DNA of 64,000 nucleotides from Eledone cirrhosa (taxonomy: Eukaryota). The stretch spans positions 6,001-70,000 of the forward strand of contig CAXHJY010001634.1 of assembly GCA_964016885.1 (NCBI GenBank). Reading direction: 5' to 3'. The position numbers and the translations under genes are program-made. This document shows, piece after piece, positions 16,201 to 31,200 of this stretch (positions are counted from its first letter, which is position 1; each line of letters opens with the position of its first letter). The notes below the pieces were generated by a model. It saw nothing but the letters and a program-made list of their open reading frames with translations. It searched no databases and was not told where the DNA came from.

Positions 16201-19200
16201 CCAATGTCTACAACAACAACAACAGCGGCACCAATGTCTACAACAACAACAACACCGGCACCAATGTCTACAACAACAACAGTGGCACCAATGTCTACAA
16301 CAACAACAACACCGGCACCAATGTCTACAACAACAACAACACCGGCACCAATGTCTACAACAACAACAACAACAGCAGCACCAATGTCTACAACAACAAC
16401 AACAGCAGCACCAATGTCTACAACAACAACAACAGCGGCACCAATGTCTACAACAACAACAACAGCGGCACCAATGTCTACAACAACAACAACAGCGGCA
16501 CCAATGTCTACAACAACAACAGCGGCACCAATGTCTACAACAACAACAACAGCGGCACCAATGTCTACAACAACAACAACAGCGGCACCAATGTCTACAA
16601 CAACAACAACAGCGGCACCAATGTCTACAACAACAACAACAGCGGCACCAATGTCTACAACAACAACAACAACACCGGCACCAATGTCTACAACAACAAC
16701 AACAGCGGCACCAATGTCTACAACAACAACAACACCGGCACCAATGTCTACAACAACAACAACAGCGGCACCAATGTCTACAACAACAACAATAACAGCG
16801 ACACCAATGTCTACAACAACAACAACAGCGGCACCAATGTCTACAACAACAACAACAACACCGGCACCAATATCTACAACAACAACAACAGCGGCACCAA
16901 TGTCTACAACAACAACAACAGCGGCACCAATGTCTACAACAGCAACAACAGCGGCACCAATGTCTACAACAACAACAACAGCGGCACCAATGTCTACAAC
17001 AACAACAACAGCGGCACCAATGTCTACAACAACAACAACAACACCGGCACCAATGTCTACAACAACAACAACAGCGGCACCAATGTCTACAACAACAGCA
17101 ACAACAGCGGCACCAATGTCTACAACAACAACAGCGGCACCAATGTCTACAACAACAACAACAACACCGGCACCAATGTCTACAACAACAACAACAGCGG
17201 CACCAATGTCTACAACAACAACAACAGCGGCACCAATGTCTACAACAACAACAACAGCGGCACTAATGTCTACAACAACAGCAACAACAGCGGCACCAAT
17301 GCCTACAACAACAACAGCGGCACCAATGTCTACAACAACAACAATAACAGCGGCACCAATGTCTACAACAACAACAACAGCGGCACCAATGTCTACAACA
17401 ACAGCAACAACAGCGGCACCAGTGTCTACAACAACAACAGCGGCACCAATGTCTACAACAACATCAACACCGGCACCAATGTCTACAACAACAACAACAG
17501 CGGCACCAATGTCTACAACAACAACAACAGCGGCACCAATTTCTACAACAACAACAACAGCGGCACCAATGTCTACAACAACAACAACAGCGGCACCAAT
17601 GTCTACAACAACAACAACACCGGCACCAATGTCTACAACAACAACAACAGCGGCACCAATGTCTACAACAACAACAACAGCGGCACCAATGTCTACAACA
17701 ACAACAACAACAGCGGCACCAATGTCTACAACAACAACAACAACAACGGCACCAATGTCTACAACAACAACAGCGGCACCAATGTCTACAACAACAACAA
17801 CAGCGGCACCAATGTCTACAACAACAGCAACAACAGCGGCACCAGTGTCTACAACAACAACAGCGGCACCAATGTCTACAACAACAACAACACCGGCACC
17901 AATGTCTACAACAACAACAACAACAGCGGCACCAATGTCTACAACAACAACAACAGCGGCACCAATGTCTACAACAACAACAACAGCGGCACCAATGTCT
18001 ACAACAACAACAACAGCGGCACCAATGTCTACAACAACAACAACAGCGGCACCAATGTCTACAACAACAACAACACCGGCACCAATGTCTACAACAACAA
18101 CAACAACAGCGGCACCAATGTCTACAACAACAACAACAGCGGCACCAATGTCTACAACAACAACAACACCGGCACCAATGTCTACAACAACAACAACAGC
18201 GGCACCAATGTCTACAACAACAACAACAGCGGCACCAATGTCTACAACAACAACAACAGCGGCACCAATGTCTACAACAACAACACCGGCACCAATGTCT
18301 ACAACAACAACAGCGGCACTAATGTCTACAACAACAACAACAACAGCGGCACCAATGTCTACAACAACAACACGGGCACCAATGTCTACAACAACAACAA
18401 CAGCGGCACCAATGTCTACAACAACAACAAAACCGGCACCAATGTCTACAACAACAACAACAGCGGCACCAATGTCTACAACAACAACAACACCGGCACC
18501 AATGTCTACAACAACAACAACAGCGGCACCAATGTCTACAACAACAACAACAGCGGCACCAATGTCTACAACAACAACAACACAGGCACCAATGTCTACA
18601 ACAACAACAACACAGGCACCAATGTCTACAACAACAACAACAACAGCGGCACCAATGTCTACAACAACAACAACAGCGGCACCAATGTCTACAACAACAA
18701 CAACAACAACAGCGGCACCAATGTCTACAACAACAACAACACCGGCACCAATGTCTACAACAACAACAACAGCGGCACCAATGTCTACAACAACAACAAC
18801 AACACCGGCACCAATGTCTACAACAACAACAACAACAGCGGCACCAATGTCTACAACAACAACAACAACAGCGGCACCAATGTCTACAACAACAACAACA
18901 GCGGCACCAATGTCTACAACAACAACAACAGCGGCACCAATGTCTACAACAACAACAACAGCGGCACCAATGTCTACAACAACAACAACAACAGCGGCAC
19001 CAATGTCTACAACAACAACAACAGCGGCACCAACGTCTACAACAACAACAACAGCGGCACCAATGTCTACAACAACAACAACAGCGGCACCAATGTCTAC
19101 AACAACAACAACACCGGCACCAATGTCTACAACAACAGCAACAACAGCGGCACCAATGTCTACAACAACAACAACAACAGCGGCACCAACGTCTACAACA

Positions 19201-22200
19201 ACAACAACAGCGGCACCAATGTCTACAACAACAACAACAACACCGGCACCAATTTCTACAACAACAACAACAGCGGCACCAATGTCTACAACAACAACAA
19301 CAGCGGCACCAATGTCTACAACAACAACAACACCGGCACCAATGTCTACAACAACAACAACAGCGGCACCAATGTCTACAACAACAACAACAGCGGCACC
19401 AATGTCTACAACAACAACAACAACAGCGGCACCAATGTCTACAACAACAACAACAACAACGGCACCAATGTCTACAACAACAACAGCGGCACCAATGTCT
19501 ACAACAACAACAACAGCGGCACCAATGTCTACAACAACAGCAACAACAGCGGCACCAGTGTCTACAACAACAACAGCGGCACCAATGTCTACAACAACAA
19601 CAACACCGGCACCAATGTCTACAACAACAACAACAACAGCGGCACCAATGTCTACAACAACAACAACAGCGGCACCAATGTCTACAACAACAACAACAGC
19701 GGCACCAATGTCTACAACAACAACAACAGCGGCACCAATGTCTACAACAACAACAACAGCGGCACCAATGTCTACAACAACAACAACACCGGCACCAATG
19801 TCTACAACAACAACAACAACAGCGGCACCAATGTCTACAACAACAACAACAACAGCGGCACCAATGTCTACAACAACAACAACAACAGCGGCACCAATGT
19901 CTACAACAACAACAACAACACCGGCACCAATGTCTACAACAACAACAACAACAGCGGCACCAATGTCTACAACAACAACAACAACAGCGGCACCAATGTC
20001 TACAACAACAACAACAACAGCGGCACCAATGTCTACAACAACAACAACAACAGCGGCACCAATGTCTACAACAACAACAACAACAGCGGCACCAATGTCT
20101 ACAACAACAACAACAACAGCGGCACCAATGTCTACAACAACAACAACAACAGTGGCACCAATGTCTACAACAACAACAACAGCGGCACCAATGTCTACAA
20201 CAACAACAACAGCGGCACCAATGTCTACAACAACAACAACAGCGGCACCAATGTCTACAACAACAACAACAGCGGCACCAATGTCTACAACAACAACAAC
20301 AACAACAACAGCGGCACCAATGTCTACAACAACAACAACAACAACAACAGCGGCACCAATGTCTACAACAACAACAATAACAGCGGCACCAATGTCTACA
20401 ACAACAACAACAGCGGCACCAATGTCTACAACAACAACAACAACACCGGCACCAATGTCTACAACAACAATAACAACAGCGGCACCAATGTCTACAACAA
20501 CAACAACAACACCGGCACCAATGTCTACAACAACAACAACAGCGGCACCAATGTCTACAACAACAACAACAGCGGCACCAATGTCTACAACAACAACAAC
20601 AACAGCGGCACCAATGCCTACAACAACAACAACAGCGGCACCAATGTCTACAACAACAACAACAACAGCGGCACCAATGTCTACAACAACAACAACAACA
20701 GCGGCACCAATGTCTACAACAACAACAACAACAGCGGCACCAATGTCTACAACAACAACAACAACAGCGGCACCAATGTCTACAACAACAACAACAACAG
20801 CGGCACCAATGTCTACAACAACAACAACAACACCGGCACCAATGTCTACAACAACAACAACAACACCGGCACCAATGTCTACAACAACAACAACAGCGGC
20901 ACCAATGTCTACAACAACAACAACAACAGCGGCACCAATGTCTACAACAACAACAACAACAACAGCGGCACCAATGTCTACAACAACAACAACAACAGCG
21001 GCACCAATGTCTACAACAACAACAACAACACCGGCACCAATGTCTACAACAACAACAAAAGCGGCACCAATGTCTACAACAACAACAACAACACCGGCAC
21101 CAATGTCTACAACAACAACAACAACAGCGGCACCAATGTCTACAACAACAACAACAGCGGCACCAATGTCTACAACAACAACAACAACAGCGGCACCAAT
21201 GTCTACAACAACAACAACAACAACAACAGCGGCACCAATGTCTACAACAACAACAACAACACCGGCACCAATGTCTACAACAACAACAACAACAGTGGCA
21301 CCAATGTCTACAACAACAACAACAGCGGCACCAATGTCTACAACAACAACAACAACACCGGCACCAATGTCTACAACAACAACAACAACAGCGGCACCAA
21401 TGTCTACAACAACAACAACAGCGGCACCAATGTCTACAACAACAACAACAACAGCGGCACCAATGTCTACAACAACAACAACAACAACAACAACAGCGGC
21501 ACCAATGTCTACAACAACAACAACAACACCGGCACCAATGTCTACAACAACAACAACAGCGGCACCAATGTCTACAACAACAACAACAACAGCGGCACCA
21601 ATGTCTACAACAACAACAACAACAACAACAGCGGCACCAATGTCTACAACAACAACAACAACACCGGCACCAATGTCTACAACAACAACAACAGCGGCAC
21701 CAATGTCTACAACAACAACAACAACACCGGCACCAATGTCTACAACAACAACAACAGCGGCACCAATGTCTACAACAACAACAACAACAGCGGCACCAAT
21801 GTCTACAACAACAACAACAACAACAACAGCGGCACCAATGTCTACAACAACAACAACAACACCGGCACCAATGTCTACAACAACAACAACAGCGGCACCA
21901 ATGTCTACAACAACTACAACAACAGCGGCACCAATGTCTACAACAACAACAACAACAGCGGCACCAATGTCTACAACAACAACAACAACTCCGGCACCAA
22001 TGTCTACAACAACAACAGCGGCACCAATGTCTACAACAACAACAACAGCGGCACCAATGTCTACAACAACAACAACAGCGGCACCAATGTCTACAACAAC
22101 AACAACACCGGCACCAATGTCTACAACAACAACAACAACACCGGCACCAATGTCTACAACAACAACAACAGCGGCACCAATGTCTACAACAACAACAACA

Positions 22201-25200
22201 CCGGCACCAATGTCTACAACAACAACAGTGGCACCAATGTCTACAACAACAACAACACCGGCACCAATGTCTACAACAACAACAACACCGGCACCAATGT
22301 CTACAACAACAACAACAACAGCAGCACCAATGTCTACAACAACAACAACAGCAGCACCAATGTCTACAACAACAACAACAGCGGCACCAATGTCTACAAC
22401 AACAACAACAGCGGCACCAATGTCTACAACAACAACAACAGCGGCACCAATGTCTACAACAACAACAGCGGCACCAATGTCTACAACAACAACAACAGCG
22501 GCACCAATGTCTACAACAACAACAACAGCGGCACCAATGTCTACAACAACAACAACAGCGGCACCAATGTCTACAACAACAACAACAGCGGCACCAATGT
22601 CTACAACAACAACAACAACACCGGCACCAATGTCTACAACAACAACAACAGCGGCACCAATGTCTACAACAACAACAACACCGGCACCAATGTCTACAAC
22701 AACAACAACAGCGGCACCAATGTCTACAACAACAACAATAACAGCGACACCAATGTCTACAACAACAACAACAGCGGCACCAATGTCTACAACAACAACA
22801 ACAACACCGGCACCAATATCTACAACAACAACAACAGCGGCACCAATGTCTACAACAACAACAACAGCGGCACCAATGTCTACAACAGCAACAACAGCGG
22901 CACCAATGTCTACAACAACAACAACAGCGGCACCAATGTCTACAACAACAACAACAGCGGCACCAATGTCTACAACAACAACAACAACACCGGCACCAAT
23001 GTCTACAACAACAACAACAGCGGCACCAATGTCTACAACAACAGCAACAACAGCGGCACCAATGTCTACAACAACAACAGCGGCACCAATGTCTACAACA
23101 ACAACAACAACACCGGCACCAATGTCTACAACAACAACAACAGCGGCACCAATGTCTACAACAACAACAACAGCGGCACCAATGTCTACAACAACAACAA
23201 CAGCGGCACTAATGTCTACAACAACAGCAACAACAGCGGCACCAATGCCTACAACAACAACAGCGGCACCAATGTCTACAACAACAACAATAACAGCGGC
23301 ACCAATGTCTACAACAACAACAACAGCGGCACCAATGTCTACAACAACAGCAACAACAGCGGCACCAGTGTCTACAACAACAACAGCGGCACCAATGTCT
23401 ACAACAACATCAACACCGGCACCAATGTCTACAACAACAACAACAGCGGCACCAATGTCTACAACAACAACAACAGCGGCACCAATTTCTACAACAACAA
23501 CAACAGCGGCACCAATGTCTACAACAACAACAACAGCGGCACCAATGTCTACAACAACAACAACACCGGCACCAATGTCTACAACAACAACAACAGCGGC
23601 ACCAATGTCTACAACAACAACAACAGCGGCACCAATGTCTACAACAACAACAACAACAGCGGCACCAATGTCTACAACAACAACAACAACAACGGCACCA
23701 ATGTCTACAACAACAACAGCGGCACCAATGTCTACAACAACAACAACAGCGGCACCAATGTCTACAACAACAGCAACAACAGCGGCACCAGTGTCTACAA
23801 CAACAACAGCGGCACCAATGTCTACAACAACAACAACACCGGCACCAATGTCTACAACAACAACAACAACAGCGGCACCAATGTCTACAACAACAACAAC
23901 AGCGGCACCAATGTCTACAACAACAACAACAGCGGCACCAATGTCTACAACAACAACAACAGCGGCACCAATGTCTACAACAACAACAACAGCGGCACCA
24001 ATGTCTACAACAACAACAACACCGGCACCAATGTCTACAACAACAACAACAACAGCGGCACCAATGTCTACAACAACAACAACAGCGGCACCAATGTCTA
24101 CAACAACAACAACACCGGCACCAATGTCTACAACAACAACAACAGCGGCACCAATGTCTACAACAACAACAACAGCGGCACCAATGTCTACAACAACAAC
24201 AACAGCGGCACCAATGTCTACAACAACAACACCGGCACCAATGTCTACAACAACAACAGCGGCACTAATGTCTACAACAACAACAACAACAGCGGCACCA
24301 ATGTCTACAACAACAACACGGGCACCAATGTCTACAACAACAACAACAGCGGCACCAATGTCTACAACAACAACAAAACCGGCACCAATGTCTACAACAA
24401 CAACAACAGCGGCACCAATGTCTACAACAACAACAACACCGGCACCAATGTCTACAACAACAACAACAGCGGCACCAATGTCTACAACAACAACAACAGC
24501 GGCACCAATGTCTACAACAACAACAACACAGGCACCAATGTCTACAACAACAACAACACAGGCACCAATGTCTACAACAACAACAACAACAGCGGCACCA
24601 ATGTCTACAACAACAACAACAGCGGCACCAATGTCTACAACAACAACAACAACAACAGCGGCACCAATGTCTACAACAACAACAACACCGGCACCAATGT
24701 CTACAACAACAACAACAGCGGCACCAATGTCTACAACAACAACAACAACACCGGCACCAATGTCTACAACAACAACAACAACAGCGGCACCAATGTCTAC
24801 AACAACAACAACAACAGCGGCACCAATGTCTACAACAACAACAACAGCGGCACCAATGTCTACAACAACAACAACAGCGGCACCAATGTCTACAACAACA
24901 ACAACAGCGGCACCAATGTCTACAACAACAACAACAACAGCGGCACCAATGTCTACAACAACAACAACAGCGGCACCAACGTCTACAACAACAACAACAG
25001 CGGCACCAATGTCTACAACAACAACAACAGCGGCACCAATGTCTACAACAACAACAACACCGGCACCAATGTCTACAACAACAGCAACAACAGCGGCACC
25101 AATGTCTACAACAACAACAACAACAGCGGCACCAACGTCTACAACAACAACAACAGCGGCACCAATGTCTACAACAACAACAACAACACCGGCACCAATT

Positions 25201-28200
25201 TCTACAACAACAACAACAGCGGCACCAATGTCTACAACAACAACAACAGCGGCACCAATGTCTACAACAACAACAACACCGGCACCAATGTCTACAACAA
25301 CAACAACAGCGGCACCAATGTCTACAACAACAACAACAGCGGCACCAATGTCTACAACAACAACAACAACAGCGGCACCAATGTCTACAACAACAACAAC
25401 AACAACGGCACCAATGTCTACAACAACAACAGCGGCACCAATGTCTACAACAACAACAACAGCGGCACCAATGTCTACAACAACAGCAACAACAGCGGCA
25501 CCAGTGTCTACAACAACAACAGCGGCACCAATGTCTACAACAACAACAACACCGGCACCAATGTCTACAACAACAACAACAACAGCGGCACCAATGTCTA
25601 CAACAACAACAACAGCGGCACCAATGTCTACAACAACAACAACAGCGGCACCAATGTCTACAACAACAACAACAGCGGCACCAATGTCTACAACAACAAC
25701 AACAGCGGCACCAATGTCTACAACAACAACAACACCGGCACCAATGTCTACAACAACAACAACAACAGCGGCACCAATGTCTACAACAACAACAACAGCG
25801 GCACCAATGTCTACAACAACAACAACACCGGCACCAATGTCTACAACAACAACAACAGCGGCACCAATGTCTACAACAACAACAACAGCGGCACCAATGT
25901 CTACAACAACAACAACAGCGGCACCAATGTCTACAACAACAACACCGGCACCAATGTCTACAACAACAACAACAGCGGCACTAATGTCTACAACAACAAC
26001 AACAACAGCGGCACCAATGTCTACAACAACAACACGGGCACCAATGTCTACAACAACAACAACAGCGGCACCAATGTCTACAACAACAACAAAACCGGCA
26101 CCAATGTCTACAACAACAACAACAGCGGCACCAATGTCTACAACAACAACAACACCGGCACCAATGTCTACAACAACAACAACAGCGGCACCAATGTCTA
26201 CAACAACAACAACAGCGGCACCAATGTCTACAACAACAACAACACAGGCACCAATGTCTACAACAACAACAACACAGGCACCAATGTCTACAACAACAAC
26301 AACAACAGCGGCACCAATGTCTACAACAACAACAACAACAGCGGCACCAATGTCTACAACAACAACAACACCGGCACCAATGTCTACAACAACAACAACA
26401 GCGGCACCAATGTCTACAACAACAACAACAACACCGGCACCAATGTCTACAACAACAACAACAACAGCGGCACCAATGTCTACAACAACAACAACAACAG
26501 CGGCACCAATGTCTACAACAACAACAACAGCGGCACCAATGTCTACAACAACAACAACAATAGCGGCACCAATGTCTACAACAACAACAACAGCGGCACC
26601 AATGTCTACAACAACAACAACAACAGCGGCACCAATGTCTACAACAACAACAACAGCGGCACCAACGTCTACAACAACAACAACAGCGGCACCAATGTCT
26701 ACAACAACAACAACAGCTGCACCAATGTCTACAACAACAACAACACCGGCACCAATGTCTACAACAACAGCAACAACAGCGGCACCAATGTCTACAACAA
26801 CAACAACAGCGGCACCAATGTCTACAACAACAACAACAGCGGCACCAATGTCTACAACAACAACAACACAGGCACCAATGTCTACAACAACAACAACACC
26901 GGCACCAATGTCTACAACAACAACATCAGCGGCACCAATGTCTACAACAACAACATCAGCGGCACCAATGTCTACAACAACAACAACACCGGCACCAATG
27001 TCTACAACAACAACATCAGCGGCACCAATGTCTACAACAACAACAACACCGGCACCAATATCTACAACAACAACAACAGCGGCACCAATGTCTACAACAA
27101 CAACAACAGCGGCACCAATGTCTACAACAACAACACCGGCACCAATGTCTACAACAACAACAACAGCGGCACCAATGTCTACAACAACAACATCAGCGGC
27201 ACCAATGTCTACAACAACAACATCAGCGGCACCAATGTCTACAACAACAACAACAGCGGCACCAATGTCTACAACAACAACAACACCGGCACCAATGTCT
27301 ACAACAACAACATCAGCGGCACCAATGTCTACAACAACAACAACAGCGGCACCAATGTCTACAACAACAACAACACCGGCACCAATGTCTACAACAACAA
27401 CAACAGCGGCACCAATGTCTACAACAACAACAACAACAACAACACCGGCACCAATGTCTACAACAACAACAACAACAACAACACCGGCACCAATGTCTAC
27501 AACAACAACAACAGCGGCACCAATGTCTACAACAACAACAACAACAACAACACCGGCACCAATGTCTACAACAACAACAACACCGGCACCAATGTCTACA
27601 ACAACAACAACAGCGGCACCAATGTCTACAACAACAACAACAACAGCGGCACCAATGTCTACAACAACAACAACAACAGCGGCACCAATGTCTACAACAA
27701 CAACAACAACAGCGGCACCAATGTCTACAACAACAACAACAACACTGGCACCAATGTCTACAACAACAGCAACAACAGCGGCACCAATGTCTACAACAAC
27801 AACAACAACACCGGCACCAATGTCTACAACAACAACAACAACACCGGCACCAATGTCTACAACAACAGCAACAACAGCGGCACCAATGTCTACAACAACA
27901 ACAACAACACCGGCACCAATGTCTACAACAACAGCAACAACAGCGGCACCAATGTCTACAACAACAACAACAACACCGGCACCAATGTCTACAACAACAA
28001 CAACAACAGCGGCACCAATGTCTACAACAACAACAACAACACCGGCACCAATGTCTACAACAACAACAACAACACCGGCACCAATGTCTACAACAACAAC
28101 AACAACAGCGGCACCAATGTCTACAACAACAACAACAACACCGGCACCAATGTCTACAACAACAACAACAACACCGGCACCAATGTCTACAACAACAACA

Positions 28201-31200
28201 ACAACAGCGGCACCAATGTCTACAACAACAACAACAACACCGGCACCAATGTCTACAACAACAACAACAACACCGGCACCAATGTCTACAACAACAACAA
28301 CAACACCGGCACCAATGTCTACAACAACAACAACAACACCGGCACCAATGTCTACAACAACAACAACAACAGCGGCACCAATGTCTACAACAACAACAAC
28401 AACAGCGGCACCAATGTCTACAACAACAACAACAACAGCGGCACCAATGTCTACAACAACAACAACAACAGCGGCACCAATGTCTACAACAACAACAACA
28501 ACAGCGGCACCAATGTCTACAACAACAACAACAACAGCGGCACCAATGTCTACAACAACAACAACAACAGCGGCACCAATGTCTACAACAACAACAACAA
28601 CAGCGGCACCAATGTCTACAACAACAACAACAACACCGGCACCAATGTCTACAACAACAACAACAGCGGCACCAATGTCTACAACAACAACAACAACAGC
28701 GGCACCAATGTCTACAACAACAACAACAACAGCGGCACCAATGTCTACAACAACAACAACAGCGGCACCAATGTCTACAACAACAACAACAACACCGGCA
28801 CCAATGTCTACAACAACAATAACAACAGCGGCACCAATGTCTACAACAACAACAACAACACCGGCACCAATGTCTACAACAACAACAACAGCGGCACCAA
28901 TGTCTACAACAACAACAACAACAGCTGCACCAATGTCTACAACAACAACAACAACAACAGCGGCACCAATGTCTACAACAACAACAACAACAGCGGCACC
29001 AATGTCTACAACAACAACAACAACAGCGGCACCAATGTCTACAACAACAACAACAACACCGGCACCAATGTCTACAACAACAACAACAGCGGCACCAATG
29101 TCTACAACAACAACAACAACAGCGGCACCAATGTCTACAACAACAACAACAACAACAACAGCGGCACCAATGTCTACAACAACAACAACAACAGCGGCAC
29201 CAATGTCTACAACAACAACAACAACAGCGGCACCAATGTCTACAACAACAACAACAACAGCGGCACCAATGTCTACAACAACAACAACAACACCGGCACC
29301 AATGTCTACAACAACAACAACAACAACAGCGGCACCAATGTCTACAACAACAACAACAGCGGCACCAATGTCTACAACAACAACAACAGCGGCACCAATG
29401 TCTACAACAACAACAACAACAGCGGCACCAATGTCTACAACAACAACAACAGCGGCACCAATGTCTACAACAACAACAACAGCGGCACCAATGTCTACAA
29501 CAACAACAACAACAGCGGCACCAATGTCTACAACAACAACAACAGCGGCACCAATGTCTACAACAACAACAACAGCGGCACCAATGTCTACAACAACAAC
29601 AACAGCGGCACCAATGTCTACAACAACAACAACAACAGCGGCACCAATGTCTACAACAACAACAACAACAGCGGCACCAATGTCTACAACAACAACAACA
29701 GCGGCACCAATGTCTACAACAACAACAACAGCGGCACCAATGTCTACAACAACAACAACAACAGCGGCACCAATGTCTACAACAACAACAACAGCGGCAC
29801 CAATGTCTACAACAACAACAACAGCGGCACCAATGTCTACAACAACAACAACAACACCGGCACCAATGTCTACAACAACAACAACAACAGCGGCACCAAT
29901 GTCTACAACAACAACAACAGCGGCACCAATGTCTACAACAACAACAACAACAGCGGCACCAATGTCTACAACAACAACAACAACAGCGGCACCAATGTCT
30001 ACAACAACAACAACAGCGGCACCAATGTCTACAACAACAACAACAACAGCGGCACCAATGTCTACAACAACAACAACAACAGCGGCACCAATGTCTACAA
30101 CAACAACAACAGCGGCACCAATGTCTACAACAACAACAACAACAGCGGCACCAATGTCTACAACAACAACAACAACAGCGGCACCAATGTCTACAACAAC
30201 AACAACAACAGCGACACCAATGTCTACAACAACAACAACAACAGCGGCACCAGTGTCTACAACAACAACAACAACACCGGCACCAATGTCTACAACAACA
30301 ACAGCGGCACCAATGTCTACAACAACAGCAACAACAGCGGCACCAATGTCTACAACAACAACAACAGCGGCACCAATGTCTACAACAACAACAACAACAG
30401 CGGCACCAATGTCTACAACAACAACAACAGCGGCACCAATGTCTACAACAACAACAACAGCGGCACCAATGTCTACAACAACAACAACAACAGCGGCACC
30501 AATGTCTACAACAACAACAACAGCGGCACCAATGTCTACAACAACAACAACAGCGGCACCAATGTCTACAACAACAACAACAACAGCGGCACCAATGTCT
30601 ACAACAACAACAACAGCGGCACCAATGTCTACAACAACAACAACAGCGGCACCAATGTCTACAACAACAACAACAGCGGCACCAATGTCTACAACAACAA
30701 CAACAACAGCGGCACCAATGTCTACAACAACAACAACAACAGCGGCACCAATGTCTACAACAACAACAACAGCGGCACCAATGTCTACAACAACAACAAC
30801 AGCGGCACCAATGTCTACAACAACAACAACAACAGCGGCACCAATGTCTACAACAACAACAACAGCGGCACCAATGTCTACAACAACAACAACAGCGGCA
30901 CCAATGTCTACAACAACAACAACAACACCGGCACCAATGTCTACAACAACAACAACAACAGCGGCACCAATGTCTACAACAACAACAACAGCGGCACCAA
31001 TGTCTACAACAACAACAACAACAGCGGCACCAATGTCTACAACAACAACAACAACAGCGGCACCAATGTCTACAACAACAACAACAGCGGCACCAATGTC
31101 TACAACAACAACAACAACAGCGGCACCAATGTCTACAACAACAACAACAACAGCGGCACCAATGTCTACAACAACAACAACAGCGGCACCAATGTCTACA

